This document shows positions 52,420 through 64,000 of a DNA stretch of 64,000 bases, in pieces (position 1 is the stretch's first letter; every line of letters starts with the position of its first letter). The translations under genes were made by a program, and so were the position numbers. The notes beneath the pieces were generated by a model. The model made no database searches and was not told where the DNA came from. It saw nothing but the letters and a program-made list of their open reading frames with translations. Source of the stretch: Camelus ferus (lineage: Eukaryota); the NCBI RefSeq assembly GCF_009834535.1, contig NC_045696.1:39310001-39374000 (forward strand), written 5' to 3'.

Positions 52420-52806
52420 TGTTATGGAAACGACAGGTCAGCCAAGAAACAAGCACCACTCAGAGGGTTGGAGTACTCAGATTTATTACGCCGGCAGGCT
52501 CAGAGGGGCTTCTGCTCCAATGCTCTAAGCACCTCCAAGACATGTGCATAAAGTTTTATAGGGTTAATTACAAGCTTGGGGTATTTGGCCAATAGGCATG
52601 GAATAGCTTTAGCAGCATCATTATCACAAAAATAGAGGCAGGGAGGCAGCAAACCAACATTTCAAGGCCAGATATGTCTCTTTGAAAATCCAGCTGGCTA
52701 GCAAAAATAAAATAAAATAAAACATGAGCAGGGAATCAGCAAACCAACACTTGTTACACTTAGATTTACAGTAAGCTTGCTAGTTGAGCCTGTCTTTTCC
52801 TTCTCA
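52420..52806 (-). repeat. ERV 5' LTR (387 bp)
   Basis: On the minus strand it starts TGAGAAGG and ends CCATAACA. TATA-like CCTATAAA at ~52555-52562, AATAAA at 52482-52487, CCAAT at ~52589-52593. Followed by the PBS. Confidence 0.96.
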
Positions 52807-55800
52807 AAACCACAAGAGAAGAAAGAAAAAGAACAAGTAGAGAACTACAAAAACAACTTGAAAAAAATTACAAAATAGCAAAAAGTGCATATCTATTAAT
52901 AATTACTTTAAACATCAATGCTCCAATCAAAGACATAGAATGGCTGATTGGATAAAAAACAAGACTGTTCACATGCAGCCTTTAAAAGACTCACTTCAGG
53001 GGTAAAGACACACCAGACTGAAAGTGGGAGGATGGAAAATGATAATTCATACAAGTGGAAATGACAAGAAAGCAGGAATAGCAATACTCATATCAGACAC
53101 ACTTTAATACAAAGCCTATAACAACACAAAGAAGAGCATTATATAATGACAAAAGAATCAATATAGGAAGAGAATAGTACATTCATTAACATATATGCAC
53201 CCACCAGAAAGAGAAAGAAAAATACTTATATGTGGAATCTAACAAAAAGACAATCGAACTTACTTACAAAACAGAAACAGACCCACAGACATAGAAAACA
53301 AACTTATGGTTACCAGGAGGGAAGGAGGTGGGAAGGGATAAATTGGAGGTTTGAGATTTGCATACACTAACTATATAAAATAGATAAATAAGTTCATACT
53401 GGATAGCTCAGGGAACTATATTCAATATCTTGTAATAACTTATGATAAAAAATATGAAAACAAATATATGTATGTTCATGTATGACTGAAACATTATGCT
53501 GTACACCTGAAATTGACACAACATTGTAAACTGACTATATTTCAATTAAAAAAAATATATAAACATATATGTACCCAATACAGGATCATGTAAATATATG
53601 AAGAATATTCTAACAGAAGAAGCTGATATTTACACAATAAGAGTAGGGGTTTTAACACCCTACTTACATCAATGGACAGATGATGCAAAGAGAGTCATTA
53701 AAGCAATTCTGCTCTTAAATGGCACAATAGCTCAATTAGACTTAATAGAAATCTACAGGGCATTACATCCAAAAAGAGCTGAATAAACATTCTTTGAGGT
53801 GTACTTTGAATGTTCTCCAGGATACATCACATGGTAGGCTACAAAACAAGTCTCAACAAATTTAAGAGGATAGAAATTGTATCAAGCATTTTTCCTGGCC
53901 ACAATGGTGTAAAACTAGAAATCAATTATAGAAAGAAAAACAATAAAAGAAAAAACATGGGACGACTAAACCACATGCTACTGAAAAAAAAAAAAAAGAG
54001 CCAATGAAGAAATCAATAAGGAAATTAGAAAAATACCTTGAGACAAATGAAAATGGAGGCACAACATGCCAAAACCTATGGGATGCAGCAAAAGCTGTTC
54101 TAAGAGGGAGGTTTATAGCAATAAAAGTCTACCTCAAGAAACAAACAAACAAACAAAAATTTAACTAAACAACCTAGCCTAACACTTAAAAGAATTAGAA
54201 AATAAGATCAATTGAAGCCTAAAGTCAGTAGAAGGAAGGAAATAATGAAGATTAGAGAGGAATTAAATAAAATAGACATCAAAATACAATAGAAAAGAGT
54301 AACAAAATCAAAAGGTAGTTTTTTGAACAGATAAAGTTGAAAAACCTTCAGCTACATTCACCTGTGAAGAAAAGAAAGAAGGCCCAAACAAACAAAATAA
54401 AAAAAGAAAAAGAAGTTACAACCAATACCACAGAGGATGTTTTTTTACAAAAAAAAGTCATAAGAAAACACTATGAACAGATTTATGCCCACAAGCAGGA
54501 CAACCTGGAATAAATGGACAAATTTCTAGAAATATAAACTGCTAAGACTGAATCAAAAAGAAACACAATTTGAACAGACTGATCACTCTTGGTAAAATAG
54601 AATTTGTAATTTAAAAAAAAAAAACCTCTCAGCAAACAAAAGTTCAAGACCACATGGCTTCACAGAGGAATAATGCGAAAAATAGAGGGAAAAATTAGTA
54701 TTTATCTTCCTCAAACTATTCCAAACAATTCAAATGGAAGGGATACTCCCAAATTCACTATACGAAGTGACCATTACCCTGATATCAAAACCAAAGACAT
54801 TACAAAAAAAAAAAAAGAAAATTATAGGCAAATATCTTTGATGAATATAGATATAAAAATAAAAAGTAAAGTAAAGTAAAATATTAGAAAACAAAATTCA
54901 ACAATATATAAAAAGGTTCATATGCCATTATCAATTTGGATTTTTTCTAGTGTCACAAGCATGTTTCAACATTGGCAAATCAGTCACTGTGATACACCAC
55001 ATTAACAAAAGGAAGGGTAAAAATCACATGACCATCTCAATAGATGCAGAAAAAGCATTTAACAAGATTCAACATATATTTATGGTAAAAACTCTCATCT
55101 AAGTGGGCAAAGAGGGGACATACTCAACAGAGTGAAGACCATTTATGTCAAACTCAGAGATAACATTGTACTCAATGGTGAAATGCTGAAAGTCTTTCTT
55201 CCAAATTCAGGAACAAGACAATGATGCACACTCTCACCAATTCTATTGAACATAATATTGAACATCCTAGCCACAGCAATGAGACAAGAAAAAGAAATAA
55301 AAAGGCATCCAAATGGAAAGAAAGAAGTAAAACTGTCACTATATATAGATGACATGATATTATATATAGAAAACTCAATGTCTCCACCAAAAAACGATTA
55401 GAACTAATAAATGAATTAAGCAATATTGGAGGATACAAAATTAATATATAGCAATAGGTTGCTTTTCTATGCACTAATACTTATATATCAAGAAAAAAGT
55501 TTTTTAAAATTCTGTTCAAAAGCCACAGCAAAAAGAATACCTAGGAATAAATTTAACCAAGGGAGGGAAATACCTACATTATGAAAAGTATAAAACACTG
55601 ATTCAAAGAAGTGGAAAGTTATCCGGTACTTTTGCATTGGAAGAATTAATACTGATAAAATGGCCATGTTACCCAATGCAAACTACATGTTTAATGAATT
55701 CCATATCAAAATAGCCACAACGTTTTTCACAGAACTAGAGCAAATAATCCTAAAATTTACATAGAACCACAAAGACTCCAAATTGTCAAGGAAATCCTGA

Positions 55801-57294
55801 GAAAAAAAGAACAAAGCTGGAACTTCCCAGGCTTCAGACAATACTACCAAGTTAAACAAAACAGTGTGATAGTGACACAAAAATAGACACACTGATCAAT
55901 GAAACAAAATAGAAAACCCAGAAATAAACTTGTGCAACTGTGGCTCACTAATGTACAACAAAGGAGGCAAGAATATAGAATGGAGAAAAGATAGTCTCTT
56001 CAACAAGTGATGCTGGGAAAACTGGATAGCCACTGGTAAAACTGAAATTAGAACTTTCCCTCATACCATATACAAAAATAAACTCAAAATAGTTTAAAGA
56101 CCTAAATATAAGACCTGAAATGTAAAATCCTTAGAGGAGAACACAGGTAAAACATTCTTTGATATAAATTAGAATGGTATTTTTTTGGATCTCTCTCCTA
56201 AGTCAAAAGAAATAAAAACAAAAATAAACAAATAGGACCTAGTTAAACTTAAAAGCTTTTTTGCTCAGCAAAGAGAACAGTTGATAAAATGAAAAGACAC
56301 CTATGAAATGAGAGAAAACATTAGCAAATATATGACCAACAAGGGGTTAATATCCAAACTATATAAACAACACATACAAATCAATATTAAAAAAAAAACC
56401 CAACCTATTCAAAACTTGTGCAGAAGACTGGATGGAATACATATTTTTTCAAAAGACATACTGCTGGCTAACAGGCAAATGAAAAAAAGCACAACGTCAC
56501 TAATTATTAGAAAAATTCAAATAAAAACAATGAGATATCACCTCATATTCAGCATAAGAGCTATCATCAAAAATTAGTCAAATATCAACTTTAAAATTTT
56601 CTAACTGCCACTATGGAAAACAGTATGGAAGTTCCTCAAAAAACTAAAAATAGAACTACCATGTGATCCAGAAATTCCAGTCTGGGTATAGATCCAAAGA
56701 AAACACAAACACTAATTCAAAAAGTTACACATACCCAGGTGTTCATAGGATCACTACTTACAACAGACAAAATATGGAAGAAACCCATGTGCCCATCAAT
56801 AGACTAACTGATGAAGAAGATTGGTATACATGTGTGTGTACGTACACACACACATACACATAGTGGAATATTACCCATAAAAAAGTATGAAATTCTGCAA
56901 CATGATGGACCTAGAGAATATTATGCTTTGTGAAATAAGTCAGACAGAGAAAGACAAATACTATGTGATATCACTTTTATGTGGAATCTAAAAAATAACA
57001 CAAACAAATGTATGTGCAAAACAGAAGCAAATTCAGAAAATAAACTAGTGGTTACCAAAGTAGAGTGGGAAGGTGTGAGGGGCAAATTAAGGGTGTGAGT
57101 TTAAGAGACACAAACTACTAAGTATAAAATAGATAAGCAACAAAGATGTACTGTATAACACAGGGACTTTCAGTCATATTGTAATACTTTTAATGAATTA
57201 TCTGTAAAAATACTGAACCACTATGTGTATGATTGATGCTAATATAATACCATAAATCAACTATATTTCAATAAAATATAAACATAATGTAATA

Positions 57295-58352
57295 AATAAT
57301 ACCAATACTTCTCAAACTCTTCCAAAAACAGAAGAGGAGGGAACATTTCCAAACTTATTTTACAAGGCCAACAATTCTCTCAACCAAAAATGAACAAAAA
57401 CTGCACAAGAAAAGATAGTAACAGGTTCATATTCCTGATGAACACAAATGAAAAATCCTCAAAATATATTAGCAAATTTAATTCAATAATACATTAAAAG
57501 GATCATACAAAATGAACAAGTGGGATACATTCAAGGGATGCAAAGGTGGTTCTAAATCCACAAACTGACCAGTGTGATAAACCACATTAAAATAACAAAG
57601 GATAATTACAAAATAATAACCTCAGTGGATGTAGAAAAAGCACTTAACAAAATTCAAAACCCATTTATGATTAAAAACTCTAAACAAGGTGGTATAGATG
57701 GAATGTGCCTCAATATAATGAAAGGTCATATATGATAAGCCCACAGCTAACGACATTAAACAGCAAAAATCCAAAGTTTTTCCTCTAACATTACTGCATT
57801 GATCACAGTAATAGAAATCCTAGCCAGAGCAATTAGAGAATAAAAAGAAATAAAAGGTTCCAAATCTGAAGAGAAGTATAAAATGGCATTATTTGCAGAT
57901 AAAATAGTATTACATCTAGAAAACCTAAAAGATTCCATCCCCAAACTGTTAGAATTAAAAGACAATTCAGTAAAGCTGACAATACAAAATCAATATACAA
58001 AAATCAATTACATTTCTATGCACTAATAACAGAGAAATTAAGAAATAAATCTCATTTGCAAATGCATCAAATAGAATAAAATACATAGGAATATATTAAA
58101 GCAAGAAAGTGAAAGAACTACAAACTATAAACTATAAGAAACTGATGAAAACAATTTTAAAAAGACACAAATAAATGGAAAGATGCCCTGGGCTCATGGA
58201 CTAGAAGAATTAATATTTTTAAAAGTCCTAGGCTTATTCAACAACTTGTAATAAACTATAATGGAAAAAAAATCTAAAAAGAGTACATGTATGTATATAT
58301 AACTGAATCACTTTGCTGTACACCTGAAACTAACACAACATTGTAAATCAAC
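57295..58352 (+). mobile_element. Older L1 ORF2 fragment followed by a short L1 3' tail (~58230-58352)
   Basis: ILLKLFQK..EEGTFPNLFYKA, EQVGYIQGMQRWF and LFADK homology. Confidence 0.8.
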
Positions 58353-59223
58353 CCAAACTATACACTTACATTCTAGTAGGGAAAAGAGAAATTTTAAAAG
58401 TCAGTAAACTAAATAGTAATAAGTATTATAATTGGGGAAGACTCTTCTGTCTTTATCCAGTCTATAAGTTAGGACACTATGAGAATCAGCTGTAAGAATC
58501 TCAATTCTGCTCTTCCTATTCTTTCTTTTTATGTGACTCAATCCATTTTTATGACTTTTATAAGCATCAATATGAAGATGATTCCAGCTCTGACATCTTC
58601 CCCAATCTCTATATTCACGTATCCAAGTGCCAAGCAGAACACAATTACTTGAATGCCTCAAAGACATCTCAAATTTAACATTATCAAAAAGCAACTTTAA
58701 AATTTTCTAACAAAAATGGTTTTCCTCAGTCTTCTCCATTTTGATGATAGCTTCTTCCAACCAGTTGTGCAAGGAGGAAATGAGAAGCAAATCCTTTTCT
58801 TCTAATGCTTTTCTATCCAAACTTTCACAGGACTGTCAACTGTCTCTGAAATATCTGAAATGTTCCCATATCTCTCCATTTACACTAATTCATACAATCC
58901 CATTCTGCCATCATCTCTCACCTGAATAATATCAATAGCTTTGACTGATCTCTCTCACTGTTGTCCTTATATATCTTTATAACTTTCCTTCAGAATCCAT
59001 CATTTAAAATAGTACTAAGATGTATATTCTAAAGTGGGTGGTTTTCTCATCATGACATTTGCATTTCAGGTAAACAACTTTTTCTTTTTTAGCTGTTTTT
59101 ATGAAAATTTAACGTTATATTTCTTAGTATCAGTTGTACACATATTAACCAACTCTAAGCTATAGTTAATGAACATTTATCTGTTTATTTAAATACCTCA
59201 TCATTTCTCTCATCCTTGTAGTA

Positions 59224-60232
59224 ATTTCCAGAATATACAAACAGTCATACAACTTAACAGCAAAAAAAAAAAAAAAAAAAAACCAACCCAATCCAAAAAT
59301 GGGCAGAGGACCTGAACAAGCAATTCTCCAATAAAGACATACAAGGGTCAATAGGCACGTGGAAAAATGTTCAGTATCACTAGTTATCAGAGAAATGCAA
59401 ATCAAAACTACAGTGAGGTATCACCTCACACCAGTCAGAATGGCCATCATTCAGAAGTCCACAAATGATAAATGCTAGAAAGGGTGTAGAAAAAAGGGTA
59501 CCCTCCTACACTGTTGGTGGGAATGCAGTTTGGTGTAGACATCATGTAAAACAGTATTAAGATTCTCAAAAAACTAGAAACAGACTTACCATATGATCCA
59601 GCAATCCCACTCCTGGGCATATACCTGGAGGGAATTCTAATTCAAAAAGATACATGCAGCCCAATGTTCATAGCAGCACCATTTACAATAGCCAAGACAT
59701 GAAAACAACCTAAATGTCCATCAACAAATGACTGGATAAAGAAGATGTGGTATGTTTATACAATGGGATACTACTCAGCCATAAAAAAAGAATAAAATAA
59801 TGCCATTTGCAGCAACATGGATGGACTTGGAGATCATCATTCTAAGTGAATTAAGTCAGAAAGAGAAAGAAAAATACCATATGATATCACTCATGTGTGG
59901 CATCTAAAAAAAAAATAAAAAAGACACTAATGAACTCATCTACAAAACAGAAAGAGACCCAGAGACATAGTAACCAATCTTATGGCTACCAGGGGAAAGG
60001 GGATTGGGAGGGATAAATTGGGAGTTCGAGATTTGCAAATACTGCTATATATAAAAATGGATAAAAAATAAATTTCTTCTGTATAGCACAGAGAAATATA
60101 CTCAATATCTTGTAGTAACCTATAATGAAAAAGAATGTGAAAATGAATATATTTGTGTATATGTGTGACTGAGACATTATGTTGATCACTAGAAATTGAC
60201 ACATTGTAACAGAATACTTCAATTAAAAGAAA
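59224..60232 (+). mobile_element. Young 5'-truncated L1
   Basis: Highly similar to 4455-5440; interrupts the duplicated unit. Confidence 0.9.
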
Positions 60233-61754
60233 GTTTAATGGACCAAATTTAAGAAAAATTATTAACCATTTCCTCAATTGGAATTCAACTCCATTAAATA
60301 AGCTTTTGCTTTTTTTTATCCTAAAGACCTTTTCCTGGTGCCTGATATCCTCCTGCGCTAGACTGGAGAGGTGGTTCTCTAACCCCAGTGTTCAGCTGTC
60401 CTGCTGACAATTCCCTTTACTTATTCCTGGTGTCTTATACTCTGCCTCCAAGCTCCCTATACTGCCCTTCGTGGTTCAGGCTCTCATTTTGCTTCTAAAT
60501 CTTGACTGTCTCATTGCGAGTCAAAATTTGAAATCAAGATGTGTTGGAAATAATCTTTGTTCTTTCCTCACACAAGATTAATTGTTTGGTTTCTGTAGAA
60601 TCCTATATTTGAAGTAAGTTTCCTTTGTAACACTAAAGGCATTCCTTTACATTCTGGTAAACAGTGTTGCTTTTGAGAAATTAAATGTAATTTTGGTTCC
60701 CATTTCTTTGTCGTCTCTCTGGAAACTTTTAGTTTTATTTATCACTGGCGTCATAAAATATCAGAAAAAGTATCTTTTCATGTTTTTTCTTTCACTTATT
60801 TTTTTACATAATAGTAGATTATTTTTTCTTTCCTACTTGCCTGCTTGGCTCTCTTTTATTTATCTCTTTTTAAAAATTTTTTATTTCTTATTCCTTCCCT
60901 CTTCCATCCCTTCCCATTTCCCTCCTTTACTTGTTCATTCCTTTCCCTCTCTTTTCCTCTCTTTCTTTTACTTCCATCCTTCCCTCCCCTTTCCATGACT
61001 CCTCTTCCTTTCCCCTATTCATGTACCTACCACCTCTCCCCTCCTCATTTCCGGACTCCCTCTCTCCTCTCTCTCTCTCCTCTTAATTTCTTTCAGACTT
61101 AAACATTCAAAGCTTTACTTCAACAAAGACAAACCTGAAAGAACAAAACAGACACAATTCACATAGAAAAAAACAGAATAAATAAACTTAATTACCATTT
61201 TTCAGATTAAGTTGTTCTCCTAGCATCCTATAAAAGTCATTAACATATTAGAAGAATCATCATGAACTCACAGATTTTAAAGTGTTTCATCAGCAGAAAT
61301 CCATTATACTTCCTATCCATTTTGATGCCAAAGTTGTCTCATCTTTAGCTAGTAGGAATTGAACTCAAAATTTTCAGTATGAGCCCTGAGTCCTTCTGAT
61401 ATGACCTGCAGCAGCCTCTGATACATTTCTCATTCTCTAGTATAAGATGTTTAGGGTAATCTTGTGCACTTCCTGCCTTAGAGTGGGAATCAGACATTTT
61501 TCCAGAGGGGCCCTCCCTGTAAGACTAGTTCACTAGATTCTAGTCTATATTTCCTTCAATTGTTTTCAAACATAAGAAAATATTTCTTACACAAATTGTA
61601 GCATACAAAAAAACTTATATACTCAGACACACACATACACTTTGTGCCCTGATTTCCTTTCTTTAGAATTGAGATTGTCTTTTTACAGACAATCTCTTTC
61701 CAACTTATGTGGAAGTACAGATCATTTTTCCTTAACTTGGAGACTATTACTTTT

Positions 61755-61857
61755 GCTTTAGGTTATTTGTAATTTTTTTTAATGGAGGTAGTGGGAATTG
61801 AATTCAGGACCTCTTCCATGTTAAGCATGTGCTCTAGCACTGAGCTACACCCACCCT
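61755..61857 (-). mobile_element. tRNA-derived SINE (Vic-1-like)
   Basis: Reverse complement reads GGGTGTAGCTCAGTGCTAGAGCACATGCTTAAC.... TSD AGACTAT(T/G)ACTTTT at 61741-61754 and 61860-61873. Absent from the paralogous copies at ~9480 and ~11600. Confidence 0.88.
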
Positions 61858-62094
61858 GAAGACTATGACTTTTACATTTACTAGGACATATCTTAGAGCT
61901 TCATTTCCTAGAACAATTATCACCAGTATGTTTTAAAATGTATATTAAAGTCAGTTATTCTCCAAATTTTTCTTGGATCATAATTTTAAACATTATTTCT
62001 AATGCATCATTTCTTTTAATTATTAGGTATATGCTTTATTATTTGTGTGAGATGTATCACCTTGCTAATTTTCCATACAATCATACTCTTTTTT

Positions 62095-62505
62095 ACTTTT
62101 TAATTATATTTAATTTACAATATTATATTAGTTTCATGATACAACATATTAAATATTTTTTAGATTATGCACCATTTAAAGTTGTTATAAAATATCCCTG
62201 TGTTGTACAATGTATCCTTGAAGCTTACCTCTTTTATACACAGTAGTTTGTATCTCTTAATCTTTATCCACTTACTTCTTCCCACTGGTAACCACAGTTT
62301 GATCTCTGCATCTGTGAATCTGTTTATATTTTGTTATATTCATGTGTTTATTTATTAGATTCCACATATAACTGGTAACATACAGTATCTCTCTTTCTCT
62401 GTCTGGCTTATTTCACTAAGTATAATATCCTCTAGGTCCATCCATGTTGCAAAAGGCAGAATTTCATTCCCCTTTGTAGCTGAGTAATACTCCATTGTAT
62501 GTATG

Positions 62506-62538
<33 letters not shown>

Positions 62539-64000
62539 CACACCCTTTTAACCATTCATATGTGGATGGGCACTTAAGAGGCTTCCGTATCTTGGCTACT
62601 GTAAATAATGCTGCTATGAACATTGGAGTACACAGAGCTTTTCTAATTAGTATTTGTGTTTTTCTCAGATACATACCCAGAAGTTGAATTGCTCGATCAT
62701 ATGGTAGTTCTATTTTTAGTTTTTTGAGGACTCTCCATACCATTTTCCATAGCAGCTACACCAATTTACATTCACACCAATAATGTACAAAGCTTCCCTT
62801 TTCTCCTCATCCTTACCAACATTTATTATTTGTAGACTTTTTGATGACAGCATTCTGACAGGTGTGAGGTGATATCTCATTGTGGTTTTGAACTGCATTT
62901 CCTGGTAATTAGTGATACTGAGCATATTTTCTAGTGCTTCCTGGCCATTTGTACACCATCTTTGAAAAATTGTCCATTCATATCTTTTGCCCATTTTTTT
63001 AACTGTGTTGTTTTGCTGTTGCTGTTGTTGTTGAGTTTTATGAGCTATTTATATATTCTGCATATCAAATTTTTACCAGCATATCACTTACAAATATATT
63101 CTTTCACTCAGTAAATTGTCTTTTGTTTTGTTGACTGCTTTGCTATGTAAAAGCTTTTAAGTTTAATTAGGTACCATGTGTTTATTTTTTCTTTTGTTTC
63201 CTTTGCCTGAGAAGACAGACCCAAAAATATATTGCTATGATCTATGTACAAGAGCATTCTTTCTGTGTTATCTTCCAGAAGTTTTATGGTTTCCAGTTTT
63301 ACATTTAGGCCTTTAATCCATTTTCAGTTATTTTTGTATATGGTGTGAAAAAATGTTCTAATTTCTTATACATGTAGCTTTCCAGTTTTCCCAGCACCAC
63401 TACCTGAAAAGACTATTTATATCCTGTGTATTCTTGCCTTGTTTTTCATAGATTATTTTACCATAAGTGTGTGGGTTTATTTTGGGCTCTAATTTATTTT
63501 GCTCATAGATCCATTGATCTATGTGTCTATTTTTGTGCCAGACCACACTATCTTGAGTACTGTAGCTTTATAGTGTAGTCTGAAGTCAGGGAGTTTGATA
63601 CTTCCAACTTTGTTCTCTTTTCTTAAGATTGCTTTGGCTATTCAGGGTCTTTTCAGTTCCAATACATTTTATGATTATATGTCCTATTACTGTGAGATAT
63701 CTCATCAGTATTTTAATAGAGATTAAATCTGTAGTTTGCTTTGGGTAGTATGGCCACTTTAACAATGTTAATTCTTCCTATCCATGAACACAGGATATCA
63801 TTCCACTTGTCTGAATCATCTACAATTTCTTTCAACAATGTTTAATAGTTTTTAGAGTATAGATCTTTGACATCCTTGATTATGTTTATTATTTTTGATG
63901 TGATTTTAAATAAGATTTTTTTTTTTACTTCCTCTGATAGTTTGTTATTAGTGTTAGAAAAGCATCCAGTTTCTATACATTAAACTTGTATCCTCCAACA
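62095..64000 (-). mobile_element. L1 3' portion, continuing beyond the window
   Basis: Reverse-strand [24 protein letters not shown] and further ORF2 homology. Confidence 0.9.

Larger units (their letters stand above)
43831..52806 (-). mobile_element. Full-length defective class I (gamma-like, ERV1) endogenous retrovirus
   Basis: Two homologous LTRs with TG...CA ends, a 4-bp TSD AAAC (43827-43830 and 52807-52810), PBS, PPT, and gag-pro-pol-env order on the minus strand with many stops and frameshifts. Confidence 0.98.
41440..57290 (+). mobile_element. Near full-length L1 split by the ERV in its inter-ORF region; carries nested L1 tails at ~42061-42660 and 53204-53561
   Basis: GC-richer 5'UTR-like segment, ORF1 (NRPTP..IIIKMAK.KEKILKA, QARSEWHDIFKAL) before the ERV, and ORF2 from ~52875 through the 3'UTR after it. 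Sequence is continuous across the AAAC TSD. The 53204-53561 insert has TSD AACATATATG(C/T)ACCCA. Confidence 0.88.

Noticed and set aside
1..64000. CRISPR arrays, rRNA, prokaryotic operon features
   Set aside because: None seen; the sequence is mammalian and its periodic repeats are microsatellites.

Overview
Mammalian genomic DNA, AT-rich and dominated by L1. The three tRNA-derived SINEs look like the camelid Vic-1 type, so alpaca, llama or camel is the likely source (inference). The only intact host gene is a single-coding-exon class II olfactory receptor of the OR5K family (15238-16170, closest from memory to OR5K3). The window has four notable structures. (1) A complete but defective ~9 kb gamma-like endogenous provirus lies on the minus strand (43831-52806), with a 4-bp AAAC target duplication, a tRNA-Thr PBS, HERV-E/ERV3-like gag-pol and an RD114/syncytin-1-type env carrying SDGGGxxDxxR. 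By manual translation it also carries two decayed extra ORFs: a Cys-rich pre-gag ORF, and a small hydrophobic ORF between pol and env that overlaps the env start. (2) An orphan CpG island with a perfect NRF1 palindrome sits at ~37.9-38.4 kb. (3) An old tandem-duplication unit of the OR cluster recurs (7.3-10 kb versus 58.4-62.4 kb, with a third partial copy at 11.3-12.1 kb). (4) There are many nested or internally deleted L1s. Repeat boundaries and subfamily names are by eye and approximate.
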